This document shows positions 61,955 through 64,000 of a stretch of DNA of 64,000 nucleotides, piece by piece; position 1 is the stretch's first letter; each line of letters opens with the position of its first letter. The position numbers were made by a program, and so were the translations under genes. This DNA comes from Takakia lepidozioides (taxonomy: Eukaryota; Plantae; Bryophyta). The notes under the pieces are model-generated. The model saw only the letters and a program-made list of their open reading frames with translations. It searched no databases and was not told the origin of the DNA. The stretch is taken from NCBI GenBank assembly GCA_030704615.1, contig CM060734.1, positions 31,496,001 through 31,560,000 on the forward strand, given 5' to 3'.

Positions 61955-62190
61955 ACCAACAGTCAGTAGCTCAGTTGGTTAGTGCACTGAGTGCCACCCA
62001 GATAATTCTGGGGTCAAATCCTGCTACTTGACGGGTGTAGTATGCGCTTCTCCCCATTCCTTGGGCAGTGTCCCATTCCTCAACCTCCATGGCACGCTTA
62101 CTATGAAAGAGGTTATTTTCTCCTCTCACTATCAAGGGGCCTGATTTGTGAGCTGTCGCTCCCAGGTGTTCCTTATTAAAAAATAAAAAT
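61955..62190 (+). mobile_element. tRNA-derived SINE
   Basis: A-box TAGCTCAGTTGGTTAG and B-box GGGTCAAATCC head, unrelated body, A-rich tail; second copy at 18010-19099. Confidence 0.8.
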
Positions 62191-62822
62191 GGGGAATTTA
62201 TATAGAAAGAATAAAACACTTAAAAATGTCAAACATACGTAGAGTTTCCAATTGAAAATAACATATAAACCAAAATCAAATCTTGTGTTGTCTAGACTCT
62301 AACATATATGTCATAATCATTCAAAACAGAATAAGTAGTGGATGTCACTAGAATATCCGTAATCAGCCCAATTCCATCAGCCATCAGTTGGATTTTCATC
62401 AGTACTGAAGCTCCAACAAATTAGATGATGTTTTCTATCTGCCCAAAGAAGTTGCCCAGAAATATGAGGAAATCACGTCAAGAGAGATGGCCAAAACAAC
62501 CATTGACAATAGCATCCTTAGGGCCAGGCTGCACCTCGGGGGTTAAGGAGCCGAAGTAGTGAGGTAACAGGCACTTTGGATCGTCGGATTTATAGGAAAA
62601 TGGGTAGTACTGCTTGACCCCTAACCTGCTTAACCTGACGCCGCACTTACCAAGTATAGAACCGGTTCAAAAAGCGATTTCAGCACTTGCGCATTCATCC
62701 ATCGCACACAATCTTGCTTGGGAACGTCCTATGGAACAACTCGTGTCACATGAGGGGAATAGACAAAATGGCACCGCAACGTTGCCGTGACTGCATGCCA
62801 AAGCTACACCCGCTGGATTCCA

Positions 62823-62971
62823 GGTCAGAAATCCCCCACAGGTACAGCTCAATTTCGCAAGGGCTCAAGATTTCCTTCAGCTTCATCATTCCTCGTATGT
62901 GTCAGAAATCCCCCGCTCAATTTCGCAAGGGCTCCGAATTCCCTTCAGCGCTTCATCATTCCTCGTATGTG
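62823..62971. repeat. Two-copy ~75-bp direct repeat
   Basis: GTCAGAAATCCCC..GCTCAATTTCGCAAGGGCTC..CTTCATCATTCCTCGTATGTG occurs twice in tandem. Confidence 0.75.
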
Positions 62972-64000
62972 AATTCACAATTTGTGAGCAGACATGGACC
63001 AGACACTTCGCGAATGCGATTTCGGGTGAGATGCAATAATTGCTCTTCTGTCTTGGTACATCTTTGTATTCCGCACAAGCTTTAGCTATTGTCATGATAG
63101 AGGTTGCGGGTTGAGGCTCAAATAGTGTTGTAATTGTAGCAAGTGGGTGGACAGGCCTCAAGATTTTTGGCATGGCTATAAATTATTATGTTTCGGCTAT
63201 TACTCCCACTCAAAGGCAGACAAGAATCTCTTTCTTCAAATGAAAATGGGTAAGCCTCCAAACACTACCAATCACGCCACTATTCAATAGTCACCCCCCA
63301 CCAAATAGGATTTTTTTAGGTTCAGATACAACATCTACTTCAACTGCAACATGCCCCTCTGATTGTGAAATGTGCCTGTTGTTACAGACCGTAGCACGAG
63401 AATACATTGCCCGATCGACAGATGGGCGCAGACAAAGTGTCTATGCGGCACTGAATTCAATTCTGCCCCTCATTGAAATGTACCTCCTATGTACGAGCTC
63501 AATGAGGACTGCAGTGATCTCAGGCAAGACTTCAAGAGGCTTCACATCCCCAACCTATGCCTTAGTGGATAACAATGAGCACCATAATTATTCACAGTTT
63601 GAAAACTTTTGCAAGGCCATTGCTAATCATTACGACAATGTAGCAGAATTGAGCACTCACGAGAATGGTCGGATTTTACTGCAGTTGATACAGACCCGGA
63701 GAAGTCACTTCCAAAAATTTCCAACCGACGGGCAAAAAAATATAGGGTGCAATTTATTCAAAAAAGATAAAAATTAGAAAATATTTAAAAATAATAAAGG
63801 GTACATTATATTATGATCGGGGAATTTAAATTAATATAAGGTCTAAAATAATGATTCATTTTTTAAAAACAAAATTACTATAGGGTTGAGATAATACCTA
63901 TGAAAAATTCCAAAAATATATACATGTTCTTAGGGGAAGGATATAGATATTTGTATGTAGCTTACTGGTAAAACGGTGGCTAGGTAGGATTCAAAAAATG

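Noticed and set aside
61961-62033. Functional tRNA gene
   Set aside because: It has A and B boxes but no convincing acceptor or anticodon stems, and it continues into a body and tail shared with a second copy, so it is a SINE head.
63370-63777. 135-aa ORF near the right edge
   Set aside because: No recognisable motif and no clear gene model. It may be an exon or TE relic but cannot be called.

Overview
Nuclear DNA of a land plant. Short GT-AG introns, gene-dense flanks and the transposon families suggest a non-seed plant such as a hornwort, bryophyte or lycophyte (inference). Host genes: a P-class PPR gene (2970-4752 +), RPS25 (7510-8989 -), a UDP-glycosyltransferase with an internal RGG-repeat tract (15955-17442 -), a DExH1/DHX36-like helicase with two nonsense lesions (42444-54509 -) lying head-to-head with a UIM/EF-hand gene (55178-58217 +), and a ZIP4/IRT3-type transporter (60049-61275 +). 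The left edge holds the 5' leader of a minus-strand gene with an LHW-type conserved-peptide uORF. Most of 9.2-15 kb and 18-41 kb is nested transposons whose ends and target-site duplications (TSDs) can be read directly. A piggyBac-like element (9187-13250, TTAA) abuts an L1-type LINE that contains a solo LTR (13482-14207). A tRNA-derived SINE is split by a hAT-like MITE. A Dualen/RandI-like LINE (RNase H plus restriction-like endonuclease) is interrupted by a Mutator element (20546-25011, 9-bp TSD) and a 12.4-kb CACTA element (26944-39368, 3-bp TSD). Top candidate for a new system: the Mutator element carries a spliced, degenerate N4/N6 DNA methyltransferase-like gene, invisible in the ORF track, plus a ~120-bp tandem array and subterminal CATCC clusters. 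The CACTA element's TnpA-like gene also runs into an FCP1/NIF phosphatase-like domain. Family assignments come from remembered motifs; no database search was run.
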